Below, in pieces: positions 53,116 through 62,900 of a stretch of DNA of 64,000 nucleotides (positions are counted from its first letter, which is position 1; each line of letters opens with the position of its first letter). The stretch is from Akkermansia muciniphila (lineage in GTDB: Bacteria > Verrucomicrobiota > Kiritimatiellia > RFP12 > JAAYNR01). The position numbers and the translations under genes are program-made. The stretch covers positions 5,825-69,824 of the forward strand of contig CAMBQN010000013.1 in the NCBI GenBank assembly GCA_945870025.1. The letters run 5' to 3'. The notes beneath the pieces are model-generated. The model saw only the letters and a list, made by a program, of their open reading frames with translations, did not search any database and was not told the origin of the DNA.

Positions 53116-54263
53116 GCACGGAAAGCGGAATGATACTTGTGGGTGTCGGCGGCGGCGGCTGTCAGTTTGCGTCCGTGGCGAGACACTCGTTTGGCGATCG
53201 TTTGCACGCCATCGGCCTAGATACGGATCGGCAGGCGATCAACAGCGCCGAGGGGTTGCGGGGTTTTGTGCTGGGCGTTTCGCGCCTCGACGGCATGGGC
53301 ACCGGCGGCGACCCGGTCAAAGGCCGGCTGGCGATTCAGGACGATGCCGAAACGTTCGCGCACGAATGGGAAGGCGTACACATTGCGGTCGTCGTGGTCG
53401 CGTTGGGCGGCGGAACGGGCGGCGGCGCGACCCCTGAGCTGCTGCGTCTATTGCGGAAGAAAGAGATCACGACGCTTTGCTTCGCGTTGCTGCCATTTCC
53501 CTTCGAGGACGCGGCCCGGCGCCAGGCGGCCGAGCGCGCGCTGCCGCAATTGGACGAGAACGCCGACACGGTGGTGGTCATCTCCCAGAGCGATCTATGG
53601 TCCGATGACGGGGGGGGCGAGCAGGCGTTCGTCGCCGCCCGTCATGAAGCGTGCCGTACGTTCGGTCATGCGATCTCGTTGTTGTGGCGGCTGGTGCTCA
53701 CACCCGGCTTCATCCGTTTCGATCCCGCGCGCCTGAGGGCGGTGCTTGCCAGTCGCGGCCGGGCGCGGTTTTGTCTGAGCGAAGCGGTTGGAACGGCGCG
53801 TGCAAAAGACGCCGCGACCGGCCTCCTCGCGCAGGTGGGATTAGCCGATGCGCCCGCACCCGCGCGGGCCGTTGTTCTCGGCATTCTGGCCGGAGAGGAT
53901 TTGCGTTTATCTGAAATCGGCGAGATCATGCAGACGGTCGGCGGGAGCATCCCTCCGGACTGTCGGCTGGACATGGGCACGATTGTCGATACCGGGTATG
54001 ATGGGTGTCTGTGCGTGATCGCGCTGGTCTTTGAGACCTGGCGCGAGACGGGCGCGGGGACGGGAGGCGCGACTCCGGCCGAGAGGCTCGATGCGAAGCC
54101 CACGCTTTCAGGCGGGGCTCGCCGCAGCCGCGCCGCCACAGGAACCAAGTCAAAACTGGGGTTCAACACCGGCAAGGGGCGCTTTCGGGACATCGAGTCG
54201 ACTATTTTCCGTGGTGAGGATTTGGACATCCCCACGGTGGTGCGCAAACATATTGCATTTTAA
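53112..54263 (+). CDS. ftsZ: Divergent FtsZ homologue
   Basis: 'GVGGGGCQ' (T1), 'GMGTGGDPVKG', tubulin signature 'GGGTGGGATP', and C-terminal 'LDIPTVVRKHIAF' resembling the FtsA-binding peptide. ATGA overlap with ftsA. Confidence 0.8.
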   Translation: MSTESGMILVGVGGGGCQFASVARHSFGDRLHAIGLDTDRQAINSAEGLRGFVLGVSRLDGMGTGGDPVKGRLAIQDDAETFAHEWEGVHIAVVVVALGGGTGGGATPELLRLLRKKEITTLCFALLPFPFEDAARRQAAERALPQLDENADTVVVISQSDLWSDDGGGEQAFVAARHEACRTFGHAISLLWRLVLTPGFIRFDPARLRAVLASRGRARFCLSEAVGTARAKDAATGLLAQVGLADAPAPARAVVLGILAGEDLRLSEIGEIMQTVGGSIPPDCRLDMGTIVDTGYDGCLCVIALVFETWRETGAGTGGATPAERLDAKPTLSGGARRSRAATGTKSKLGFNTGKGRFRDIESTIFRGEDLDIPTVVRKHIAF

Positions 54264-54275
54264 GGAGGTTACATC

Positions 54276-54851
54276 ATGATGACTGAAAACGAGATCCTGC
54301 AGGCGATGGAAGAGTCGGGTGCGTTGTTGTCGGGGCACTTCGAGCTGCGCTCCAAACTGCACAGCGATCGGTATTTTCAATGTGCCAACGTCTTACGGTT
54401 TCCGCGTGTGGCCGAACGGCTTTGCGGCGAGATGGTTCGGCGGATGCGGGTCGCCGGTGGCTGCGGCCGGGTGGACGGCGTGGTTTCGCCGGCGGTGGGC
54501 GGCATTCTGGTGGGGCACGAGGTCGCTCGCGCGCTCGATGTGCCCAGCCTGTTTGCTGAAAAAGAGAACGGCCAACTGGTGATGCGTCGGTTTGCGCTCG
54601 CGCGGGGCGCGCGGTATGTGATTGCCGAAGATGTGATCACGCGCGGCGGCCGGGTGCAGGAGACCATCGACATTGTGAAGCAGGCTGGCGCGACGGTTGC
54701 CGCCATTCTGGTGCTCGTCGACCGGAGCGCGGGAACCGTGGCGTTTGACTATCCCGCGTACAGCCTGCTGAACCTCGTGCCCAAAATATGGGAACCCGCG
54801 GATTGTCCCCTCTGCGCCGCAGGATCAAAACCGGTGCATCCCGGCTCCTGA
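54276..54851 (+). CDS. pyrE: Orotate phosphoribosyltransferase
   Basis: 'GHFELRSKLHSDRYFQ', PRPP motif 'YVIAEDVITRGGR', and AGGAGG RBS. Confidence 0.9.
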   Translation: MMTENEILQAMEESGALLSGHFELRSKLHSDRYFQCANVLRFPRVAERLCGEMVRRMRVAGGCGRVDGVVSPAVGGILVGHEVARALDVPSLFAEKENGQLVMRRFALARGARYVIAEDVITRGGRVQETIDIVKQAGATVAAILVLVDRSAGTVAFDYPAYSLLNLVPKIWEPADCPLCAAGSKPVHPGS

Positions 54852-56576
54852 GTGAGCAACGAGACGGTTTCTGACGCAGCAGGCGAACGGGCAGACGGGA
54901 AGGGACGGAACGTGACGATTACGGTGCAATCGATCATGCAGCGGCACGCCAGAGGTTTATTCGGCGCGGTGACGTTGGCGCTGGCGCTGACGCTGTTCGT
55001 GCCGACATTCGCCTGGATGACGTATGAGTTTGGGTTGCCTCGCAACGATTTGTCACACGGCTGGATGGTGCCTTTCTTCTCGGCCATGGTCATCTGGTTG
55101 CGGCGGCACGAGCTCAGGCAGGCATTCGCGGCCGGTCGCCCGGATTGGCGAGGCATCGGCCTCTCGGTGTTCGGTCTGGCCTTGTTCTGGTTGGGAAACC
55201 GGGGCGGACAGATGCGGTTCTGCCATTTGGCGCTGCTGCTGGAGGTGTGGTCCCTCCCGTTTGCGCTGTTCGGGCCGAGGGTGGCGCGATTAATGATGTT
55301 TCCTGCGGCATTCCTGGTGTTCACCATGCCCATGGGGTTTCTCGACTTCTTCACCATACGGCTGCGCCTGATCACCGCGACGGCGTCATCGATGCTGCTG
55401 AACGGGATGGGCATACCGGTGGTCCGGGAGGGAACCGCCTTGCATGCTTTGGCTGGGACGGGGTTCAATCTGGATGTCGCCGACCCCTGTAGCGGGCTTC
55501 GCTCGCTGTTTGCGATGACGGCCCTGACGGCGGCTTACGCCTACCTCACGGTGCGCGGCCGTCTTCGGCAAACGCTGCTTTTCCTCCTGGCCGTTCCGCT
55601 TGCCGTGTTCGGGAACACCGTGCGGATCCTGTCAATCGCCGTGGTTGCGCGATTCTTCGGGTCTGAGGCGGCGACCGGTTTTTATCACGATTATTCGGGA
55701 TATGTCGTTTTTCTGGTTGCGGTGCTGCTCATGGTGCAGGCGGGCCACTGGATCGGCCGGCTTCCAGGATTCCGGCTGGAAGCGCTTTTTAACCGGGACG
55801 TTTCGGGCTGCGGCGCCGCCCCGGTGGCCGCGCCGTGGCGCGTCCGCGATCGATTGCGCGCTGGCGCCGTGCCGCTGGCGCTGGCGCTGATTCTGGTCCT
55901 TCAGGCTCGGTTGCCGCTGCCGGCGGGTGACGCCGCAGATCTCATGGTTCCGGAACTGCCGGCGGCGTTTGGGGATTATCGTGGGGACATTCCGCTCTTC
56001 TGCCACAATGAGCAATGCCTGCACCGGATACTTCGTGTGACGCGCCCAGATGGGGGCGAAAAGCTGACATGCCCGAAATGCGGCGGTCCCCTGTTTGACC
56101 GATCGTTGGGCGAGGCGACGGTGCTGCCCGCCGACACGGTGATCGCGAAACGCCTCTATTCGGCGGCGTCCGGGGCCGACATCGAGATGAGCGTGGTGGT
56201 CAGCGGACGCTCCCGGATGAGCATCCACAGGCCTGAGCTGTGCCTGCCAGCGCAAGGTTTTGCGATGACCCGCGCGCGCACGCTGTCGGTGTCGCTGCCG
56301 GGCCGCGGGCCGTTGTCCGTCCGCGTCGTCAGCGTGCAGAAAGGCACCACGCGCTTTATCCTGTGCTATTGGTTCAAAAACCGTGAGCGGGAGACGTCCT
56401 CCCATGCGGTGCGGATTTTGAGCGACGCCTGGGCCCGTTCGGTGCATAATCGTATTAACCGGTGGGTCATGTTTGCCCTGACCGTCAACCTGCCGCCGGA
56501 CGCGACGGCGGCGGATGACACGGTGCGTGAGGCTGTGGCCGACCTGTATCCGCAGATTCGAATCGGAGGGGCATGA
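54852..56576 (+). CDS. Exosortase fused to an EpsI-family domain
   Basis: Exosortase catalytic motifs 'DPCSGLRSLF', 'GNTVRIL', 'HDYSGYVVF'. The C-terminal 'SIHRPELCLPAQGF' is EpsI-type. A CxxxxC...CxxC segment lies between the two parts. The start is uncertain (GTG 54852 or ATG 54936). Confidence 0.8.
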   Translation: MSNETVSDAAGERADGKGRNVTITVQSIMQRHARGLFGAVTLALALTLFVPTFAWMTYEFGLPRNDLSHGWMVPFFSAMVIWLRRHELRQAFAAGRPDWRGIGLSVFGLALFWLGNRGGQMRFCHLALLLEVWSLPFALFGPRVARLMMFPAAFLVFTMPMGFLDFFTIRLRLITATASSMLLNGMGIPVVREGTALHALAGTGFNLDVADPCSGLRSLFAMTALTAAYAYLTVRGRLRQTLLFLLAVPLAVFGNTVRILSIAVVARFFGSEAATGFYHDYSGYVVFLVAVLLMVQAGHWIGRLPGFRLEALFNRDVSGCGAAPVAAPWRVRDRLRAGAVPLALALILVLQARLPLPAGDAADLMVPELPAAFGDYRGDIPLFCHNEQCLHRILRVTRPDGGEKLTCPKCGGPLFDRSLGEATVLPADTVIAKRLYSAASGADIEMSVVVSGRSRMSIHRPELCLPAQGFAMTRARTLSVSLPGRGPLSVRVVSVQKGTTRFILCYWFKNRERETSSHAVRILSDAWARSVHNRINRWVMFALTVNLPPDATAADDTVREAVADLYPQIRIGGA

Positions 56577-58495
56577 TCGGTATGTTCGTGTTTGACTGGT
56601 ATCAGGAGGGGTCTAAGCAGTTGGCTTCCGCCGGCTCATCGCGGGGGTTGACGTACCTGTTTGCCTTTTTTTCCTCGCTGGTGCTCTCGCTGACGCTGAC
56701 GCCGCCGGTGCGCACGTTGGCCCGAAGGCTGGGGATGGTCGATCAACCGGACCCCCGGCGCATCCACACGCAGCCGACGCCCCGGGCGGGCGGCGTCGCC
56801 ATATTCATCGCCTTCCACGCGACGGTATTGTTGTGCGTGCTGATTTTTCCAGGCGTCTTCCGTCCGGTCTACGGCATCGACAAGTTGACCGCTTTTTTCT
56901 GGGCGTCATTCGTGCTTCTGGGCGTGGGCTTGCTGGATGATGCGCTCAGCCTCAAACCCTATGTCAAGCTGGTGGGCCAGATCGGTGCGGCCGTGCTGCT
57001 GTATCAGGGGGGATTCCAGGTGGGGGGCGGATTATCCATAACACTGTCCGACCCCGTCAACTTCGTGGTGACGGTGTTCTGGATTGTCGGCGCGGTGAAC
57101 GCCTTCAATCTGATCGATGGCTTGGACGGTCTGGCGTCCGGTCTGGCGATGATAGCCTCGCTGGGTCTAGCCGGTGCGTTGTTCCTGCGAAATTTATCGG
57201 TCGATGCGGTTCCGTTCCTTGCGCTGGCGGGTGCGACTCTGGGATTTTTGCGCTACAACTTCAACCCCGCGACGGTTTTTCTCGGCGACAGCGGATCGAT
57301 GTTTCTGGGGCTTGCGGTGGGGGCGCTGCCGTTGATTTCAGGTCAGAAGTCGGAATTGCTGGCCTCGCTCGGCTTGCCGCTGATGGCCATGGGCATTCCG
57401 ATTTTTGACACGGTGCTGGCGATCTGGAGGCGGACGCTGCGCTCGCTCTTTCCCAACAGCACGGCGGCCGGCGCCAAACGGCTTCGAGGATTGATGCAGG
57501 CCGACAAGGAGCATGTCCATCACCGCGTGCTGGCCAAGACGATGAGCCAGGGCAAGGCGGCGATCCTGCTCTACGGAGTGAACGTGCTGCTGGTCGCGAT
57601 CGGACTGTTTGCGATGCTGGCCGAGGAACGGCGGATCGGGGTCTTCTTGCTGGCGTTCATCGTGGGTGTGTTCCTGATCGTCAGGCACCTGACCCGTGTC
57701 GAGCTGTGGGATACGGGACGGATCCTGCTGGCCAAGTCGCACCGTTCGATTTCAGCCCGGATTTCCGTGCCGCTCTATATGCTGGCGGATATCCTAATCA
57801 TGGCGGTCAGTTTCGTGACCAGCCATTGGATCGTAGGAGACCGCGTCGAGACGCATGTGCTCGTCGTAGACATGCCGTGCCTGCTCGGCCTGATTTTCGT
57901 TGTGCTGGCGGCCACGGGCGCGTATAGCCGGGTTTGGCCGCGCGCGTTGTTGTCTGATTTCATGACATTCGCGGTGTCGTTCGTAGCCGGTTTGGCTACG
58001 ATGTTAGCGCTATCGATTTATTCGGATGCTTATGATCGCATCCGCCTGTCCGTGGCCCTGGTGTTTCTGATTCTGAGCCTGCCCGCAATGACCCTGATCC
58101 GGCTGTATCGGGAAATTCTGCGCGAGACGGTCTCGTCCATCGAACGGCTGGTTTCGGTCGCTGATCCGACGGCCACGCGCGCCTTGGTCTGCGGCGGTGG
58201 GGAACGGTTGCGGCTGTTTCTGCGCGATAAGCGGACACGGCTGATCGAGAACCAGAATCTGGTCATTGTCGGCGTCTTGGACGACGACCCCAACCTGCGG
58301 GGCCGGCAGGTTTACGGCATCCGTGTGCTGGGGCAGATTGATGACCTGGTATCGCGCGTGCGGACGCACCGCATCTCGCGAATCATTATCACCATGCAGA
58401 TCGACGACATCCGGCGCGGCCAGATTGCGGCTCTGGCGCGCGAAGCGGGCGTTCCGGTTTATGAGTGGGTCTTGGACATGAGGGAAGTCACATGA
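56573..58495 (+). CDS. Glycosyltransferase family 4 polyprenyl-phosphate sugar-phosphate transferase (WecA/MraY-like) with extra C-terminal TM and regulatory-type domain
   Basis: 'ARRLGMVDQPDPRRIH', 'NAFNLIDGLDGLASG', 'FLGDSGSMFLG'. The C-terminal 'LVCGGGERL...VGVLDDDP...VLG' resembles the nucleotide-binding-like domain of WbaP/CapD-type proteins. Confidence 0.85.
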   Translation: MIGMFVFDWYQEGSKQLASAGSSRGLTYLFAFFSSLVLSLTLTPPVRTLARRLGMVDQPDPRRIHTQPTPRAGGVAIFIAFHATVLLCVLIFPGVFRPVYGIDKLTAFFWASFVLLGVGLLDDALSLKPYVKLVGQIGAAVLLYQGGFQVGGGLSITLSDPVNFVVTVFWIVGAVNAFNLIDGLDGLASGLAMIASLGLAGALFLRNLSVDAVPFLALAGATLGFLRYNFNPATVFLGDSGSMFLGLAVGALPLISGQKSELLASLGLPLMAMGIPIFDTVLAIWRRTLRSLFPNSTAAGAKRLRGLMQADKEHVHHRVLAKTMSQGKAAILLYGVNVLLVAIGLFAMLAEERRIGVFLLAFIVGVFLIVRHLTRVELWDTGRILLAKSHRSISARISVPLYMLADILIMAVSFVTSHWIVGDRVETHVLVVDMPCLLGLIFVVLAATGAYSRVWPRALLSDFMTFAVSFVAGLATMLALSIYSDAYDRIRLSVALVFLILSLPAMTLIRLYREILRETVSSIERLVSVADPTATRALVCGGGERLRLFLRDKRTRLIENQNLVIVGVLDDDPNLRGRQVYGIRVLGQIDDLVSRVRTHRISRIIITMQIDDIRRGQIAALAREAGVPVYEWVLDMREVT

Positions 58496-59916
58496 CACCC
58501 CTGCACATCCGGCGTCGGATCAGGGACGCGGAGCGGTTCCTCTCACACGGCATGTGGGATGTCGTTCCCGCCACGCTGCCCGCCTTCCGGCGGGTGGCGC
58601 TCCAAGCGTTGCGATTGATCTTCGCCGTCGGCCGCGGCTTCCGCCAGAATCACAACGAACTGCACGCCTCGGCGCTCGCCTATTATACGCTGATGGCGTT
58701 GATCCCGGTATTGGCGCTGGCATTGGCGCTGGGGCGGGTCTTTGGCGGCAGCGAGATGGTAAAAAGGCAATTTGAGGTACAGCTCGGTTCATTCCTAGGC
58801 CAGATGGCGGCGCAGTCCGGCGCGGCTGATGAGGCCGCCCGATCGGCCGCGCTCGCGTTTGCCGATCACTTGAAGGACAAAGCTGTCCAGCTCTTTGATC
58901 AAATCAACACCATCAGCTTCGGCACGCTGGGTGGAATCGGCGCGGTCGCGTTGATCTGGATGGTCATCGGCCTGCTTGGACGGGTCGAGGTGAGCTTCAA
59001 TCTGATCTGGGGCGTTCCCGCCTCGCGTACGTTATGGCGAAAGTTCACCGACTATCTCAGCGTGGTGCTGATCCTGCCGTTCCTGGTAACCGCCGCATCC
59101 ACGGTGCCCGTGCTCGATCTGCTGGCGCGCGGGGCTGACACCATGGGCGGGGCCGCTGTGGCCGACACCGTTCGCACGGTGGTTGGGTCGCACCTGCTGA
59201 AGCAGGCGCTGGTGCTGGGCATGGGCACCGTCACGTTCAGCTTTCTTCTGATCTTCATGCCCAACACGCGGATTCGGTTTGCGCCGGGTGTCGCCGGGGG
59301 CTTTTTGACCGCGTTGATGTTCGGCGTCTGGTTGGACGTGTGCGCCCGCCTGCAGGTGGGGATCGCCCAATACAGCGCGCTCTACGGCGGATTCGCCCTG
59401 CTGCCGATCCTGCTGATGTGGGTCTACACCAGCTGGCAGATCATCCTGTTGGGCGCGGAGGTTACCTTTGCGTTGCAGCATGGCGCGACGTGCCGCATGG
59501 AGTCGGCCGCTGGCCGCGCTAGCCCGTACACCCGTTTTCTGCTCGCGGCGGCGTTTTGCGCCGAGGCGGCGCGCGCGGTCCGGGAGCAGGGACAGGCCTT
59601 TGATGCGGATGCCTTTGCGCAGCACCGGCGGGTTTCGACGCGGCTCAGTCAGGACGTGCTCGGGGACCTGACGCGCGCCGGGGTGCTGGCCCGGATCGAA
59701 GGACGCAACGGGCTTTATCTGCCGTGCCGGGATTTTTCGGTCATGACTGTTGCCGAGGTTGCGAAGACCGTCTGGTGCGACGGAACCCCGCCGAGCGAGC
59801 TGGGGCTGCAACGGATGGGTGAGCCGATTCTCAAACTCGGCATCCAACTTATGGAGGCGCTGGACGGCGCGCTTGCCGTTCCCGTGGCCGATAGGCAGAC
59901 AGGAAAAAAATCGTGA
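58492..59916 (+). CDS. YihY/BrkB family membrane protein with C-terminal extension
   Basis: 'ASALAYYTLMALIPVLAL' and 'WQIILLGAEVTFA'. ATGA overlap with the upstream gene. Confidence 0.8.
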   Translation: MTPLHIRRRIRDAERFLSHGMWDVVPATLPAFRRVALQALRLIFAVGRGFRQNHNELHASALAYYTLMALIPVLALALALGRVFGGSEMVKRQFEVQLGSFLGQMAAQSGAADEAARSAALAFADHLKDKAVQLFDQINTISFGTLGGIGAVALIWMVIGLLGRVEVSFNLIWGVPASRTLWRKFTDYLSVVLILPFLVTAASTVPVLDLLARGADTMGGAAVADTVRTVVGSHLLKQALVLGMGTVTFSFLLIFMPNTRIRFAPGVAGGFLTALMFGVWLDVCARLQVGIAQYSALYGGFALLPILLMWVYTSWQIILLGAEVTFALQHGATCRMESAAGRASPYTRFLLAAAFCAEAARAVREQGQAFDADAFAQHRRVSTRLSQDVLGDLTRAGVLARIEGRNGLYLPCRDFSVMTVAEVAKTVWCDGTPPSELGLQRMGEPILKLGIQLMEALDGALAVPVADRQTGKKS

Positions 59917-62900
59917 TGACAGACGTGAATACGCCTCAGAGCCCCGGAATCCGCTCAGCGGACTTCGTCGGTTTCAATATCGCGTTGCTGCTAGGCGCGC
60001 TGAACGACAACTTCTTCAAGTTCCTGCTGGTTTTTTACATCAGCCGCCTGCACGGCATTCCGGCCGACCCCGCTGTGATTGCCGTCGCGGGCGTTGTCTT
60101 TGTCGTGCCGTTCCTGACGCTGACGCCCCTGGCGGGCGTGATGGCGGACCGCTTCAGCAAAAGCCGCCTGCTGCAGATTATCAAGGCCGCTGAAATCTTC
60201 ATCATGCTGGCCGGTTGGATCGCCTTTCGCATGGAGAGCGTGCCGGGACTCTATCTGACGCTGGCGCTGATGTCCGCGCAGAGTGCCCTCTTCGGTCCTG
60301 CCAAGTACAGCATTTTGCCCGAGCTGGTCCGGCCGCCGGAGCTTTCGCGCGGCAACGCCGTGGTTGCGGTTTGCACCTATCTGGCGATCATTGCGGCATC
60401 CGGACTGGCGCCATGGGTCGTCGAATGCGTCCACGGGAACTACGTCGACGCGCAGGGCGTGGCCATCGCCCTCGCCGTGATCGGCTTCATCGCTTCGCTG
60501 CTCGTGGGGCGCACGTGTGCCGCTGGGACGGCGCGAAAGGTCTCTTGGTTTGTCTGTGACGATGTCTGGCGGACGCTACGGGATTTGCGGGCGCATGATT
60601 ACCTCATCGGCGCCATTTTCGGATCGGCCTTTTTCAGTCTCGTGGGCGCGTTTGTTCAAGGGAACATCCTCTCCTACGGCGTGCAGCACATGGGCATGAG
60701 TCAGGAGCACAGCGCCTACCTGTTTCTGGTTGCCGCCGCCGGCATCAGCGCGGGGAGCTGGCTGGCCGGGCGGCTGTCGGGCCGTCTGATCGAGTTCGGC
60801 ATCGTGCCCATCGGTGTGCTGGTGATGGCCTTCGGCGCATTGGTGTTTGGGCTGGCGCCGCACAGCATCGCGACCGTCGCCGTGCTGCTGGTGCTGACCG
60901 GGGTGGGCGGCGGACTATTCCTGATTCCGCTCGACGCCTTCATTCAGCGCGACGCGCCAGCCGATCGCCGCGCAGAGGCCGTGGCGGCCGCGTCATTCAT
61001 CGGCTGGCTCGGCGTGCTAGCCGCGCAGGGCATCATCGCCGGCAATCGGGCGATTGGATTGACGCCGGCCCATGGCTTCGCCGTGCTGGGCGCGATGACG
61101 CTCGTGACCGGCGTGCTGGCGGTGCGTGTGCTGCCGGACTTCCTCACGCGTTTCGTCGTGCTGGTCTTCACGCGCCTGCTCTGCCGGGTGCGGGTGTCCG
61201 GGTTGGCCCATGTGCCTGAGAGCGGTGGCGCGCTGATCGTGAGCAACCACGCATCCTATCTGGACGCGGCTCTGCTGATTGCCACGCAACAGCGCCGGTT
61301 GCGGTTTGTCGTGTGGCGCGGGATCTATCAGGAGTGGCGCCTGCTGCGATGGGTCTTTCGCATTCTCAACTGCATTCCGATTTCCGGCGATGACCCGCCG
61401 CGCCAGCTCGCCGCCGCCATCCAAGCCGCGCGCAAGGCGGTGCAGGAGGGCTACCTGGTGGTGATCTTCCCTGAAGGCGAGCTGACGCGTACAGGCCACA
61501 TCCGAGCTTTCCGGAGGGGCTTCGAAAAGGTCGTCAAGGGCACCGGCGCGCCGATCATCCCCGTTTATCTGGGCGGCGCGTGGGGATCATTGGGCAGTTA
61601 CTACCGGGGCAGCGGCATTCGACGCCTGCCGCGACTGGGCCGCTATCCGATCTCGGTGATCTACGGTCGGCCGCTTCCGACCGACACGCCGCACGATCAG
61701 GTGCAGCAAGCCGTTACCGAACTCTCATGCGACTACTTTGCGGAACGTAAGCAGGGTCGACGGCCGCTGGGCGAGGCGGCCCTGCGGGCTTTGCGGCAGC
61801 GTGCCTGGCGGCCGCTGCTGGCCGACACGATGGGCTGGTCCCTGACCGGCTGGTCTGCCGCGGCAGGTGCCTGCCTGTGCGCCGCGCGCCTACGGCACCT
61901 GGGCCCGCCGGGCACGCCGGTCGGCATTCTGCTGCCGGCCTCCGTGGCGGGGGCGATGGCGAACGTCGGTGCTCAGGTGGCCGGTCTGGTTCCCGTGAAT
62001 CTCAACTTCACCGCATCGCCCGAGGCGCTGCGTTCGGCGATCACGCAGAGCGGCCTCCGCGTGGTCATCACATCGCCCGCGCTGCTCGCCCGTCTGAACG
62101 TTCACGATCTACCTGCCGGGCAGCTCGACATCGCCTCGATTCTGCAGGCCTCCCGCGTGCGTCGCGGGTTCGCGGCGTTGGTCGGCCTGCTGCTGCCCGT
62201 GCGTCTGATCGTGCGCCGTGCCGCCGGTTTTGGTGGCGATACGCCAGCGGCCATCCTCTTTTCGTCCGGCTCCACCGGCACGCCCAAGGGCATTGTTCTC
62301 AGCCATCACAATCTGTTTTCAAACGTGGAGTCGTTGCGCATGGTTTTTGAGACACGCGCGGATGACCGCTTGCTCGCAGCGCTGCCGTTTTTTCACTCCT
62401 TCGGTTTCACGGCCAGCATCTGGCACCCGGTACTCAGTGGGGTGCCGGTGACGTACCACGCCAATCCGCTCGATGCCGCCGGTATCGGCAAAGCCTGCCG
62501 GGAGCACGCGTGTTCGCTACTGTTCTCGACGCCGACGTTCCTGGCGCTTTACACGCGCAAGATTGAACCCGCCGATTTCCGTCGTCTGCGCTTTGTGGCC
62601 ACCGGCGCGGAGCGGCTGCGTCCCGCGGTTGCCGAGGCGTTCCAGGCACGTTTCGGCGTCGCGCCGCGCGAGGGGTATGGTGCCACCGAGCTTTCACCCG
62701 TGGCGGCCTTCAGCGTGCCCGACGTGTCGGTTGGCGGCGCGCAACAGATCGGCTCGAAGCCGGGTTCCGTCGGACTACCCGTGCCCGGCGTGGTGATGAA
62801 GGTGGTGGATCCGGAAACCGGCTGCGGCCTGCCATCCGGCACGCCCGGTTTGCTGCTGGTGAAGGGACCCAACGTCATGCTCGGCTACCTGAACCGCGAG

